From the NCBI GenBank assembly GCA_016839785.1, contig JAEOTQ010000223.1, forward strand, positions 1-33,860: a stretch of DNA of 33,860 nt. Direction: 5' to 3'. Both the position numbers and the translations under genes were made by a program. Shown one piece after another: positions 9,305 through 18,294 of the stretch (position 1 is its first letter; every line of letters begins with the position of its first letter). The notes under the pieces are model-generated. The model had not been told where the DNA came from and searched no databases. It was given only the letters and a program-made list of their open reading frames with translations. The stretch is from Candidatus Hodarchaeota archaeon. Its GTDB lineage: Archaea > Asgardarchaeota > Heimdallarchaeia > Hodarchaeales > Hodarchaeaceae.

Positions 9305-10339
9305 ATGACCCCTAAGAAAAAGGAATCGGATACAGATACATCCAGTAGTACTAAGAGCGTTTCAAATACTAAAAAAGCTACTTCTATCACAGATTTACCT
9401 GGAATAGGGCCTTCGACTGCAGCAAAATTGGTCGAAGCAGGATATTCATCATTGGAATCAATTGCTACAGTTTCGGTAGGAGAACTGGCTTCCTTAGCAG
9501 GCCTTGGAGAAAAAACGGTTCAAAAAATAATTGAAGCAGCGCGTGAAGCATTAGATATTGATTTTGAGACTGCAAAGGTCGTTTTGGAGCGAAGAAAGGA
9601 TTTAGCAAAAATAACCACCGGTAGTCAAAGATTAGATGAACTATTTGGCGGAGGAATTGAAACTGGAGCTGCAACCGAGTTGTATGGAGAATTCCGAACA
9701 GGAAAAACTCAGCTTGCCCATCAGCTTTGTGTCACCACACAATTACCAGTGGAAAATGGAGGTTTAAGAAAGGGAGACGATTATCCCAAAGTTGTTTATG
9801 TTGACACTGAAGGAACTTTTCGACCAGAACGAATTATTGACATGGCCGAACGATGGAAAGACGAATTAGATATGGATATTGTATTAGAAAATATACTCCA
9901 TGGTCGCGCTCACAATTCTGACCATCAAATGGTATTGGTAGAAAAAATGGTAAAGGAATATGCCCCTACACAAAATGTAAAACTCTTAGTGGTTGATTCG
10001 TTGATCTCCCATTTTCGTGCTGAATATGTAGGAAGGGGGACATTAGCCACACGTCAACAGAAATTAAATCAACACATTCATGCAATCCTTCATGCAGCGG
10101 AGGTATGGAATATCGCCGTTATATTCACAAATCAGGTGCAAGCTAAGCCTGATCAATTTTTTGGAGATCCTACTACCGCAGTAGGTGGTCACATAGTGGC
10201 CCATGCAGCACAAACTCGTGTTTATTTGAGGAAGTCAAAAGGGGAAAGACGGATAGCTCGAATAGTGGATAGTCCTTTATTACCCGAAAATGAAGCTATT
10301 TTCGGTGTGACGGCTTCTGGGATTGTAGATGTGACTTAA
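9305..10339 (+). CDS. radA: DNA repair and recombination protein RadA
   Basis: HhH N-domain (DLPGIGPSTAAKL), Walker A GEFRTGKTQ, YVDTEGTFRPERI, LVVDS, FRAEYVGRGTLATRQQKL, TNQV and RIARIVDSP. No intein. Confidence 0.97.
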   Translation: MTPKKKESDTDTSSSTKSVSNTKKATSITDLPGIGPSTAAKLVEAGYSSLESIATVSVGELASLAGLGEKTVQKIIEAAREALDIDFETAKVVLERRKDLAKITTGSQRLDELFGGGIETGAATELYGEFRTGKTQLAHQLCVTTQLPVENGGLRKGDDYPKVVYVDTEGTFRPERIIDMAERWKDELDMDIVLENILHGRAHNSDHQMVLVEKMVKEYAPTQNVKLLVVDSLISHFRAEYVGRGTLATRQQKLNQHIHAILHAAEVWNIAVIFTNQVQAKPDQFFGDPTTAVGGHIVAHAAQTRVYLRKSKGERRIARIVDSPLLPENEAIFGVTASGIVDVT

Positions 10340-10382
10340 TACAATCCTCTGACTTCATTCTCTTGATACAGGGGTAGCTTGT

Positions 10383-11057
10383 ATGAGTATAGCCACAGAT
10401 AAATTTCCTCCATTCATTATTGCCGAACTGGCTTTAAGAATATTAAGAAGAACATTTGCGACAAAACTGGGGTTTAGGCCATCCTTATCAAAGGAAAAAC
10501 TTGAAAGTACCATGCGTACAATTGAATCTTCACTTATGGTTCTGAAATACTCCTATCTCTCACGAAACGAATTAATTGAACATGAAGATTTGAAAATTGT
10601 ACATTCTAATGGCAAGAAATTATCTGAAGCTCTTTTACCTGCAGCTTCAACTCCCTCAACTCATCATTTATCGCTAGCAAATCTAAATTGGGGAATGGAA
10701 ATTCTTCAGTACCTCGCACGTCGAATAGAGACTGGAGATTCCAATTTAGGATCTGGAGTCGACTTTAAAGTGGTGCATGTGAGGAATGTGCAAAAATATG
10801 AAAAATTTTTACTTACACGTGCTTATGATAATGAAAAAACGTATACAATTCTGACTAATATCCTAGATCTTCGCCCAAACCGAAATGCTGGAGTTGCGTT
10901 TCTTCCACCAAGAGAGATTGGAGGAAAGCTTTCAGAAGCTATGTATATTGGTTCTGAAGAACGAGAGGAGGAGGCAGGAGTGTTTTTAACTCCTAGGGAA
11001 GTTGATTTAAGCGAGATTAATGCGATATTACACCAGCTTATATCACAAAGGATATAA
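10383..11057 (+). CDS. Archaeal tRNA-binding protein with C-terminal EMAP/Trbp111-like OB fold
   Basis: N-terminal helical part with LKYSYL. C-terminal GVDFKV..V.NV....ILTN..DL......VAFLPPREIGGKLSEAMYIG matches the EMAP-type 'SEGM' OB fold. Confidence 0.75.
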   Translation: MSIATDKFPPFIIAELALRILRRTFATKLGFRPSLSKEKLESTMRTIESSLMVLKYSYLSRNELIEHEDLKIVHSNGKKLSEALLPAASTPSTHHLSLANLNWGMEILQYLARRIETGDSNLGSGVDFKVVHVRNVQKYEKFLLTRAYDNEKTYTILTNILDLRPNRNAGVAFLPPREIGGKLSEAMYIGSEEREEEAGVFLTPREVDLSEINAILHQLISQRI

Positions 11058-11065
11058 GAGAAGTT

Positions 11066-11740
11066 TTAAACCTCAAAGAAGGAGATAATTTCTTTCAGAT
11101 TTTTAGTTTGACAAACGAAGTCAGCACTCTCAGACACTTTTTGAGAACTTGGTTCAATTACAATCGAAACCTGTGCCATTTTGAACATATCAATATCTGC
11201 GCTAGCATCTCCGATTGCGATTGACTTCTCTTGAGGTATGTTGAAAGATTCCAAGAGGGACATCAGGATATTCCCTTTGTCATGTGCGTCAACATTTACT
11301 ACAACCTCTCCCGTAATTCTGTTTTTTTTGCGAATTAATTTATTTGCAATCCAAAAATCAAAGTTATACTGCTTTGCAATCTTTTCAACTAAATCCCCTA
11401 ATCCTTGTGATATAATAACCGAAATACATTTGTAATCTTTCAAAAAGCAGAGAAGTTCAGATAATCCGTCTCTTAATTTGATGGTGGTTAATGCTTTTTG
11501 ATATTCAGATTCAAAATGATTAATCCACGGATAGGCATCAGCTATACAAAATTCAGTATAATTGATCTTGCCATCAATATATTGTTGTAAAGCCATTTCC
11601 CCATGAGTTGCCCATGTGCCAAAATATTCATGAACAGCCTGCCAAGAAGAACGATAGTCAGCTGTGGTTAAGGTTCCATCGAAATCAAATGCAATCAAAG
11701 ATCCTTGAAAATTTTTGATTCGATTATTGCGCTGTGGCAT
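11066..11740 (-). CDS. HAD-superfamily phosphatase, phosphoserine phosphatase-like (subfamily IB)
   Basis: Motif I FDFDGTLT, motif II ISQG, motif III K (HDKG) and motif IV IGDASAD. Confidence 0.85.
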   Translation of the reverse strand: MPQRNNRIKNFQGSLIAFDFDGTLTTADYRSSWQAVHEYFGTWATHGEMALQQYIDGKINYTEFCIADAYPWINHFESEYQKALTTIKLRDGLSELLCFLKDYKCISVIISQGLGDLVEKIAKQYNFDFWIANKLIRKKNRITGEVVVNVDAHDKGNILMSLLESFNIPQEKSIAIGDASADIDMFKMAQVSIVIEPSSQKVSESADFVCQTKNLKEIISFFEV

Positions 11741-11904
11741 GATTTCAGAGAGTTCTTGGAGGATAAATGTGCTTTTCGTTTATACCCAATAACCCAGAAA
11801 AAATTAATTAAAAAAATTCCGAAGAGTATCTAAAGATAAAGGCATTATTGGAATTTAGAATCAGAAGTATAACTAGTGCCAAAGAACTAAGAAGGGACAT
11901 TCAT

Positions 11905-12933
11905 ATGCGAGTAATTATAAGTGGGATCAGTGGTTCTGGAAGATCTGATGCCATAAGAGAAATGGAAAAGTTTGTAAAAAAGAATCATCCTAAGAAGAAG
12001 ATAATTGTGATGAACACAAATAGGATGATGTGGGAGACAGCAAAAGAGTTAAGAATGGATGTTAAACGAGAGAAAATGCTAGACCTCTCTCCTCCAACTT
12101 TACAAGCACTTAGATCGACTGTTTTCGAACGAATCCTGAGAGAAGTCGAAGAACATGAAAAAAGTCAAAAAGATGTTGCTATCATAATAAATACTCACGC
12201 TACATTCCGTTGGCGCGAACATCTTATGGCTGGCTGGGATTTCTTCTATTTAACTAAACTCAAACCCGACATATTCCTAACCGTAATCAATGTAATAAAT
12301 GATATTTATGATACTTTGGAAGCTAATCCTCTTTGGGGTGGAATGAATAATCGATTAGAGTTAGGTATTTGGCAGGAAGAAGAAGCTTTTATAACTAAAC
12401 TTATGGCTGAGTCATTAAAAAAGCCTTTCTACATTGTTGCAAGACGACAACCTCCTATAACTATGTATCGTTTAATCTTTGAACATGAAGTTAGTGAAAA
12501 AGTATATTTATCTTATCCAATGACTCATATAAAGGACGAGTCAAAAAAAAAAGAAATTGAGGGGTTGGGAAACAAACTCAGAGACTTGGGGTTTGTAGTT
12601 TTCGATCCTGGCACAATGGAACTAGAGAAAGTCCACGTAGATATACCAGAGGATATAAGGGTATTCGATTTCTATCAAACTGTCTATAGAGACTTTCAGT
12701 TAATTGATCAAGGCACAATGGTGGTTATTTTCTACCCAGAGATTGTCCATTCATCTGGAGTTGTGAACGAGCAAGCGTACGGATTTAGAAATAATAAATA
12801 TGTTTTTGCCGTCTTCCCTGCCGAGAATTATAGCCCTTTTACATCCTTTTTTGCAGACAAGACCTTTATCTCAGTTGATGATCTCATCAAGTTCTTGAAA
12901 GATGATTTTATCCCTTCCCGAGAGATAAAGTAG
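11905..12933 (+). CDS. P-loop nucleotide-kinase-like domain fused to a nucleoside 2-deoxyribosyltransferase / NMP N-glycosidase-like domain
   Basis: ATG at 11905 is preferred over the track's TTG at 11848. N-terminal VIISGISGSGRS P-loop and IIINTHA strand resemble archaeal adenylate kinases. C-terminal VYLSYPM, GFVVFDP, RDFQLID and SSGVVNEQAYG match the NDT fold. Confidence 0.65.
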   Translation: MRVIISGISGSGRSDAIREMEKFVKKNHPKKKIIVMNTNRMMWETAKELRMDVKREKMLDLSPPTLQALRSTVFERILREVEEHEKSQKDVAIIINTHATFRWREHLMAGWDFFYLTKLKPDIFLTVINVINDIYDTLEANPLWGGMNNRLELGIWQEEEAFITKLMAESLKKPFYIVARRQPPITMYRLIFEHEVSEKVYLSYPMTHIKDESKKKEIEGLGNKLRDLGFVVFDPGTMELEKVHVDIPEDIRVFDFYQTVYRDFQLIDQGTMVVIFYPEIVHSSGVVNEQAYGFRNNKYVFAVFPAENYSPFTSFFADKTFISVDDLIKFLKDDFIPSREIK

Positions 12934-12986
12934 ATCCATATGATAAAGAAGACTGGGAACAATCAAAATTTCAAGGAAGGAGGAAG

Positions 12987-14231
12987 TCAAGATTTCCTCT
13001 TTCTTGTGTAAACACTCATAATTCCTGTTAATAGGATAATCGTAAAAAAGAGATTAGTACCAGTCGTTCTGTCATCATCTGTTGTTTCGGTTGTTGTAGT
13101 AGTAGTCATTGCTGGCCTTGGGGCTATTGTTGGGTACCATAAACTTCCTAGTGATGTATATCCATAATCATCTGAAGTAGATGTCCATCCAGGAGGTACA
13201 GCTGATAGGTTCAGTGTTAATGAGCTAAGGAATGTGGAGTTCATTAGGTTTATTAATTCTGAATCTACTAAAGCAGTGTACCATAAATCTGCTGTACGTT
13301 GGGCCGCGAGATCAATCCTTGCACTTAATATGTTCCCTGTTTCTTTCCACATATTATCAATCCATGACACGTCAGCTCTATCAAATTTATCATCTGCTGC
13401 TAGAAGTATTGAAACCTTCGCTGTGCTTGTTTCGATTGATTGTACTGTCTGATTATATGGAGATTTGACATACTTTGCCGGTTTATTTGTAAAGTTAACA
13501 TCGTTTAAATGGCCATATGAAGAATGTTCCATCATGATATCTTCTACATATGAATGAATACCAGAATTTCCAGTGAATTGTCCATCATAATTTGCTGTTG
13601 CGTGAAATGGCATTGTTGCATCTGAAGCATAATGGGATAGATAACACATTGTAATAAAAATTAGGGTCCATTTTGTGTTATTCAGTGGATCAGGTATTAC
13701 CTCTACCATAAGCTGTGTTAAATCCCGAGTGAAATTATCAACTGTCCATTCTACAACTCCTTTCTGATATTCCAATGAACTCCAAGGCATGTTAATTACA
13801 GTGAAAGGAAGATCTTCTTCTGTGTACTCTCCATCAATTAGGTGTGCATATTGAGGATCAGATACATCAACCATATCATCACCACTCGCCATGACATCAT
13901 GGTCATCAAAATGTCTGGGAGTTTCAGCATTAAACTGATTTGAAGTACTATCCTCAACTTTTGAGCGATAACCATCTGGATCATTGGTATGCGTTTCAAA
14001 AAATAACGAATGATTACTAAAGAATTCTTGCCATGGGGAGGGTAATGATTTGAATGCCTCTGTAGCGATTTTTCCGTGAGTTTTCCAAGACCATGCCTGT
14101 GTTTTTGTTACTGGAGATTGCAGAGCAAATGAAGTACCGATAGTGAGTACCAAAATTAATATAAGAAGGTTCTTGTTTATTTTCAATTTCTTTGATTCCT
14201 TGGACTTATAATTATTATTTAGTGAGAGCAC
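12987..14231 (-). CDS. Surface-anchored S1/P1 nuclease / zinc-dependent phospholipase C family hydrolase, copy 1
   Basis: Signal peptide ending TQA/WSWKTH (mature Trp1, His6), NDPD, RHFDD, LSHYASDATMPFH and IHSYVE. Thr-rich linker, TM helix and RKRKS tail. The true start is probably slightly downstream of the track start. Confidence 0.85.
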   Translation of the reverse strand: MLSLNNNYKSKESKKLKINKNLLILILVLTIGTSFALQSPVTKTQAWSWKTHGKIATEAFKSLPSPWQEFFSNHSLFFETHTNDPDGYRSKVEDSTSNQFNAETPRHFDDHDVMASGDDMVDVSDPQYAHLIDGEYTEEDLPFTVINMPWSSLEYQKGVVEWTVDNFTRDLTQLMVEVIPDPLNNTKWTLIFITMCYLSHYASDATMPFHATANYDGQFTGNSGIHSYVEDIMMEHSSYGHLNDVNFTNKPAKYVKSPYNQTVQSIETSTAKVSILLAADDKFDRADVSWIDNMWKETGNILSARIDLAAQRTADLWYTALVDSELINLMNSTFLSSLTLNLSAVPPGWTSTSDDYGYTSLGSLWYPTIAPRPAMTTTTTTETTDDDRTTGTNLFFTIILLTGIMSVYTRKRKS

Positions 14232-14311
14232 ATCGTACTTGAATATCTTGGAATTATCATTTTAAATTGTTATTAACTTCAACCAATAAGAAGAAGTGGG
14301 AAGGAAGATGA

Positions 14312-15553
14312 TTACTTCCTTTTTCGAGTTATAAAGAATGCTAGGCCACCCAGTAACAGAAGACTTGATACAAGTTCAAATCCAGGCGTATCTCCTGCCT
14401 CTGTTGTTGTAGTTGTTGTGGTAGATACTACAGGAGTCGGTGGGAATGAAGGGTACCAAAGGTTTCCACTTTCTTTCGTGGTCCATCCTGGAGGCGGTGA
14501 TGAAAGATCGACTGATAATGAACTGAGAAAAGTAGCATTCACTTTGTTTATCAGATCTGAATCTACAAGGCAAGTATACCAAAGGTCTGCAGTACTTGTC
14601 GCAGCTAAATTTACACGATCTCCCCATATATCACCTATAGCATCCCATACAGTATCTATCCAATCACCTCCAAGAACAGCAGGATCATAAGCAGCTTCTG
14701 CTTCAAGAGAAACAGATACATTAGCTAAACTCGTTTCTATTGAATAAACTGAATGGTTTAATATTGAATCTACATAAACTGATGGTCGATTGGAAAATAC
14801 AACTCGATCCAATGTATTCTGTTCCATCATTGTGCTTTCAAAAAGAGCATGAGCCCCTGATTGTCCTGTAAGCTGTCCATCATAATTGGCTGTTGCATGA
14901 AAAGGCATCGTGGAATCGGCCGCATAATGTGATAAATAGTTCATTTTTATAAAAACTAATTTCCACAATGTGTTGTTAGTAGGATCTAATGCAACATCTG
15001 TCATGAGTTGGGTTAAATCCCTTGTTTCATTAAGAACCCGCCATTCAATAACTCCCTTGTGGAATGTTGGAGAATCCCAGGAGACATTGATCGCTACAAA
15101 CTCAAGATCCTCGGATGTGTATTTGCCATCTATTAAATGAGCGTTAGCTGGATCCTGTTCATCATAGGGAGTACCCTCAAATACTTTTAAGTTATGATCA
15201 TCAAAATGACTATCCCATTCGATGCTAAAAAGTCTGTGAAATGAGGAATCCTCTAAATCTGACCTATAATCATCAGGATCATCGGCGTGATTGTCGAAGA
15301 AATTATCATAACCACTGAAAAACTCTTGCCATGGAGAGGGTAGCGATTTGATTGCCTCTGTAGCGATTTTTCCATGAGTACCTCCAGACCAAGCTTGAAC
15401 GTTCATCAATGTTGATTGCATGGATAGCGTGAGACCTAGAGCGAATAGGAAGGATAAAATGAGTAATTTATTTCTTGTTAACTTTTTTCTTACAAACAAA
15501 ATGTTCATTTCCTTTTTACTGTAATTTTTCATATTTTTGTACAAAATTAACAC
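14312..15553 (-). CDS. Surface-anchored S1/P1 nuclease / zinc-dependent phospholipase C family hydrolase, copy 2
   Basis: VQA/WSGGTH, DDPD, SHFDD, LSHYAADSTMPFH and AHALFE. Thr-rich linker, TPGF, TM helix and RKRK. Tandem paralog of 12987-14231; start position uncertain. Confidence 0.85.
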   Translation of the reverse strand: MLILYKNMKNYSKKEMNILFVRKKLTRNKLLILSFLFALGLTLSMQSTLMNVQAWSGGTHGKIATEAIKSLPSPWQEFFSGYDNFFDNHADDPDDYRSDLEDSSFHRLFSIEWDSHFDDHNLKVFEGTPYDEQDPANAHLIDGKYTSEDLEFVAINVSWDSPTFHKGVIEWRVLNETRDLTQLMTDVALDPTNNTLWKLVFIKMNYLSHYAADSTMPFHATANYDGQLTGQSGAHALFESTMMEQNTLDRVVFSNRPSVYVDSILNHSVYSIETSLANVSVSLEAEAAYDPAVLGGDWIDTVWDAIGDIWGDRVNLAATSTADLWYTCLVDSDLINKVNATFLSSLSVDLSSPPPGWTTKESGNLWYPSFPPTPVVSTTTTTTTEAGDTPGFELVSSLLLLGGLAFFITRKRK

Positions 15554-15648
15554 ATTAAAAGGTGTTAGAAGATGATAAATAGTCCTTATTTTTAAATAAT
15601 ATTGTCGATGAAGATATCTTGTTTATTCAGAGACTAATGTGTGACAAC

Positions 15649-15667
15649 TTTTTACAACCTGTAAAAA
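15649..15667. promoter_or_regulatory. 8-bp inverted repeat TTTTTACA-ACC-TGTAAAAA (terminator element or operator)
   Basis: Perfect inverted repeat between the permease stop and the S1/P1 gene start. Function not determinable from sequence. Confidence 0.3.
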
Positions 15668-15701
15668 AGGGGGATTAGAAGAAATGATTGATTTCTTCAG
15701 A

Positions 15702-18059
15702 TTAAATTCCAGTGAGAGCCTCGGAACGACCCTTAAGAACCACACTTGTCACTAAAATCGATATACTCTGGATTGTCATCAAAACAAGTCCGAGTACGGC
15801 CGCAAGAGGCGCTCCTAGCCCAATAAGCCCAGAATTATAGATATCATAAATTGTCCAAGTAGATGTAGCATATTGTCCCGGATCAGGAACAAATCCAACA
15901 AGTAGGATCGTTGTGCTTACTTCAGCCATACAATAAACAAGTGAAATTAGCCCACCCGCGAATAGGCTAATGGCAACCAGAGGTAATGTAATTTTGGTAA
16001 TGGTTTTTACTCTTCCAGCTCCTAAATTAAGCGAAGCTTCTTCTAATTGGATATCTGTTTGACTAATTCCCGCATAAGCTGAACGTACTGTAAATGGAAA
16101 CTTTCGGACAGTATAAGCTAGAATAAGTAAAAGGACAGGTGAGATTGCTGGGTTCATGGATAAATTAATCCCAGTCAATGTCTCAAAAACGAGGTCTATT
16201 AACCACATGGGGAAAGCAAAAATCTGTAATAGACTAAAGAGGGCATCTACGCCCGGAATACTCCCATCAAAAAGAATTCCTGGATTACTAAGTACATCAC
16301 CAAGATATGACATAAACACATCAAAAGTGGTAGGCTCTAGGAGGTTTATTGGGAATGGAAGGGTTTCTTGATAGAAGATGTAGAGATAACCAAATCCTAT
16401 GACAATACCAGGTATAGCTAAGGGTAAAGTAACAACTGTATCAAGGATTCCTTTTCCTGGAAATTCTTTACGTGCAAGGATATATGCAATCACACTCGCA
16501 ATAATCACAATTAAGAACGTAGCAAATACAGAGTACCAAAACATGTTAATAATGCTTGTAATTATTTGTGAATAAAGCCCACTAGAGATATCACCGCCTA
16601 ATCCGACTAAGGTCAGAAATGGATCAAATGTTATTGCATTGGTTCCAGGTTTAGTGATTGCAAATAATAAAGTACCTACATGGGGTATTAATGCAATTGG
16701 CATGAATACTAAGAAAAAGAGATAAATGAGTATCTTCTTGACCCAACTGGCGTCTTGAGCTCTAGGCTCACCAACACGCCCCTTACTAATCATGGCATAT
16801 CTCTTAAGTGAAACAAATTTTCGAATAATTAAGAAACCAATCATTGCTAGTATTACCATGAGTGTAGCTAATGCTGCTGCGACGGGATTAATGACGAAAA
16901 ACCCTTCAAGCGAGGGAATTTGTAAATTTTTCAAGACGTAAGTTGTCATATATTCAAAGGATAATGCTTGAGATAAACCTTCGAATATTAATGGTGTCCC
17001 AAGGTCCTCTAGAGAAAGAATAAAGGTAAGAATAGCTCCTGCTGCAATTCCAGGGGTAGCTAATGGCAAAGTGATTCTTCGTAGAAGAGTCAAACTATTA
17101 GCGCCCATATTTTCAGCTTGTTCTTCGAGAGAAGGATCAATATTGACTAAAGATGAATAAGAATTTAAATAGATTAAGGTGTAGAAATGTAGCGATTGAA
17201 CAAACACAATCCCTAGATTTCCCCCAAAAACGATTTTGAGATTAAATAAAGGAAAGAATATTGTCTCATTTATTATTCCATTAATTCCTAAGAACTTATC
17301 AAAACCAATCGTACCAACAAATGGAGGGATGATTAAAGGTAGAAGCATTATAGAGCGTAAGAATGTTTTTCCTGCGAATTTGTATCTCGCCATTACTAGT
17401 GCCAGACCTGCTCCAATTATCAGTGAAAGCAAGGTGGTAGCCGTTGCTATAAATAAGGAGTTACCAATTGCTCCTAAATCAGGCCCCTGTAGTATCCACT
17501 TGGTACCTATTACTCCTGGAAAATTGGGGTTCTGTTCAAACAAAGGCTCTGCAAAAATCATCTCTGAGAATCCTGCATCGGAGTTGAATGCCCGGCCTCC
17601 CCATAATTCTGCTCTTGTGAATACAGTTAAATAATCCTCTCCAAAATATATCATAAAAATCACTAAAAACCCAATAATCCAGATAGAAGTCAATAAGAGT
17701 TTGATTCTACGGTTAGTAATGAGTAAGTACAAGGGTGATCTTTCTCTGATGTCATTTTGTTCTGTGACCAGTTCTATCTGAGCTTTTTTGTATCTTCGGG
17801 AGATTAACTGGTAGATAATGTAAGGGATTAGAAGATAGAGAATCGTCATTAGAAAAATTAGAAAATTCTCTGAATCAGAGCGTAAATCCAGTGAATTTTG
17901 TAAAGAAGCCAATAGAATCAAGATAACAGGGAGAATTAGAAATAAGCCAAAAAATACGTAAGCAAAAATCACAAATCCTACGGTGAGTTTATCAATTCGT
18001 TTAAAGCGTTCTTTAATAGTTTCTTTCTGAATTTCGACTGTTCCGTCAACTGTAACCAT
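15702..18059 (-). CDS. ABC transporter permease, FbpB/AfuB/ThiP type (two fused permease halves)
   Basis: Two EAA loops (SLEEQAENMGA; QLEEASLNLGA), LPLIIPPFVG and LPLAIPGIVIG, many TM helices, and extra hydrophobic insertions. Confidence 0.92.
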   Translation of the reverse strand: MVTVDGTVEIQKETIKERFKRIDKLTVGFVIFAYVFFGLFLILPVILILLASLQNSLDLRSDSENFLIFLMTILYLLIPYIIYQLISRRYKKAQIELVTEQNDIRERSPLYLLITNRRIKLLLTSIWIIGFLVIFMIYFGEDYLTVFTRAELWGGRAFNSDAGFSEMIFAEPLFEQNPNFPGVIGTKWILQGPDLGAIGNSLFIATATTLLSLIIGAGLALVMARYKFAGKTFLRSIMLLPLIIPPFVGTIGFDKFLGINGIINETIFFPLFNLKIVFGGNLGIVFVQSLHFYTLIYLNSYSSLVNIDPSLEEQAENMGANSLTLLRRITLPLATPGIAAGAILTFILSLEDLGTPLIFEGLSQALSFEYMTTYVLKNLQIPSLEGFFVINPVAAALATLMVILAMIGFLIIRKFVSLKRYAMISKGRVGEPRAQDASWVKKILIYLFFLVFMPIALIPHVGTLLFAITKPGTNAITFDPFLTLVGLGGDISSGLYSQIITSIINMFWYSVFATFLIVIIASVIAYILARKEFPGKGILDTVVTLPLAIPGIVIGFGYLYIFYQETLPFPINLLEPTTFDVFMSYLGDVLSNPGILFDGSIPGVDALFSLLQIFAFPMWLIDLVFETLTGINLSMNPAISPVLLLILAYTVRKFPFTVRSAYAGISQTDIQLEEASLNLGAGRVKTITKITLPLVAISLFAGGLISLVYCMAEVSTTILLVGFVPDPGQYATSTWTIYDIYNSGLIGLGAPLAAVLGLVLMTIQSISILVTSVVLKGRSEALTGI

Positions 18060-18139
18060 AATTTGGCACCTTATAGTAGGTTTTGTTATATTCCAAATTG
18101 TTGCTTTTCAAGTTTTCTATTGTCTTATGGATTCAGTCT

Positions 18140-18154
18140 CAGGATAAAATCCTG
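18140..18154. other. Small stem-loop CAGGAT-AAA-ATCCTG between the binding-protein and permease genes
   Basis: 6-bp perfect inverted repeat in a 235-bp spacer. It could act in mRNA stability or attenuation. Confidence 0.25.
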
Positions 18155-18294
18155 TTCGTGAAACTCAAAGAAGAGAGAAATTATTAGAGGAAATCCAGAT
18201 ATAAATTCATAGATACCGATCTACAAAAAGAATATTATCCGTACTGTAAAAAAAAAAGAATAGAAGAGAAAATAATTGATTACAGAGTAATCTC

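Noticed and set aside
9305-9385. Low-complexity K/S/T N-terminal extension of RadA
   Set aside because: Variable disordered N-termini are common in RadA/Rad51, and there is nothing specific to support a function.
13080-14420. GTT/GTA trinucleotide runs (also near 23270, 28470 and 30366)
   Set aside because: They encode Thr-rich linkers of anchored proteins and are not CRISPR or independent tandem repeats.
18060-18294. Possible TPP riboswitch near the ThiP-like permease (CTGAGA on the minus strand)
   Set aside because: The other conserved TPP elements are not recognisable. Only a small hairpin is supported.
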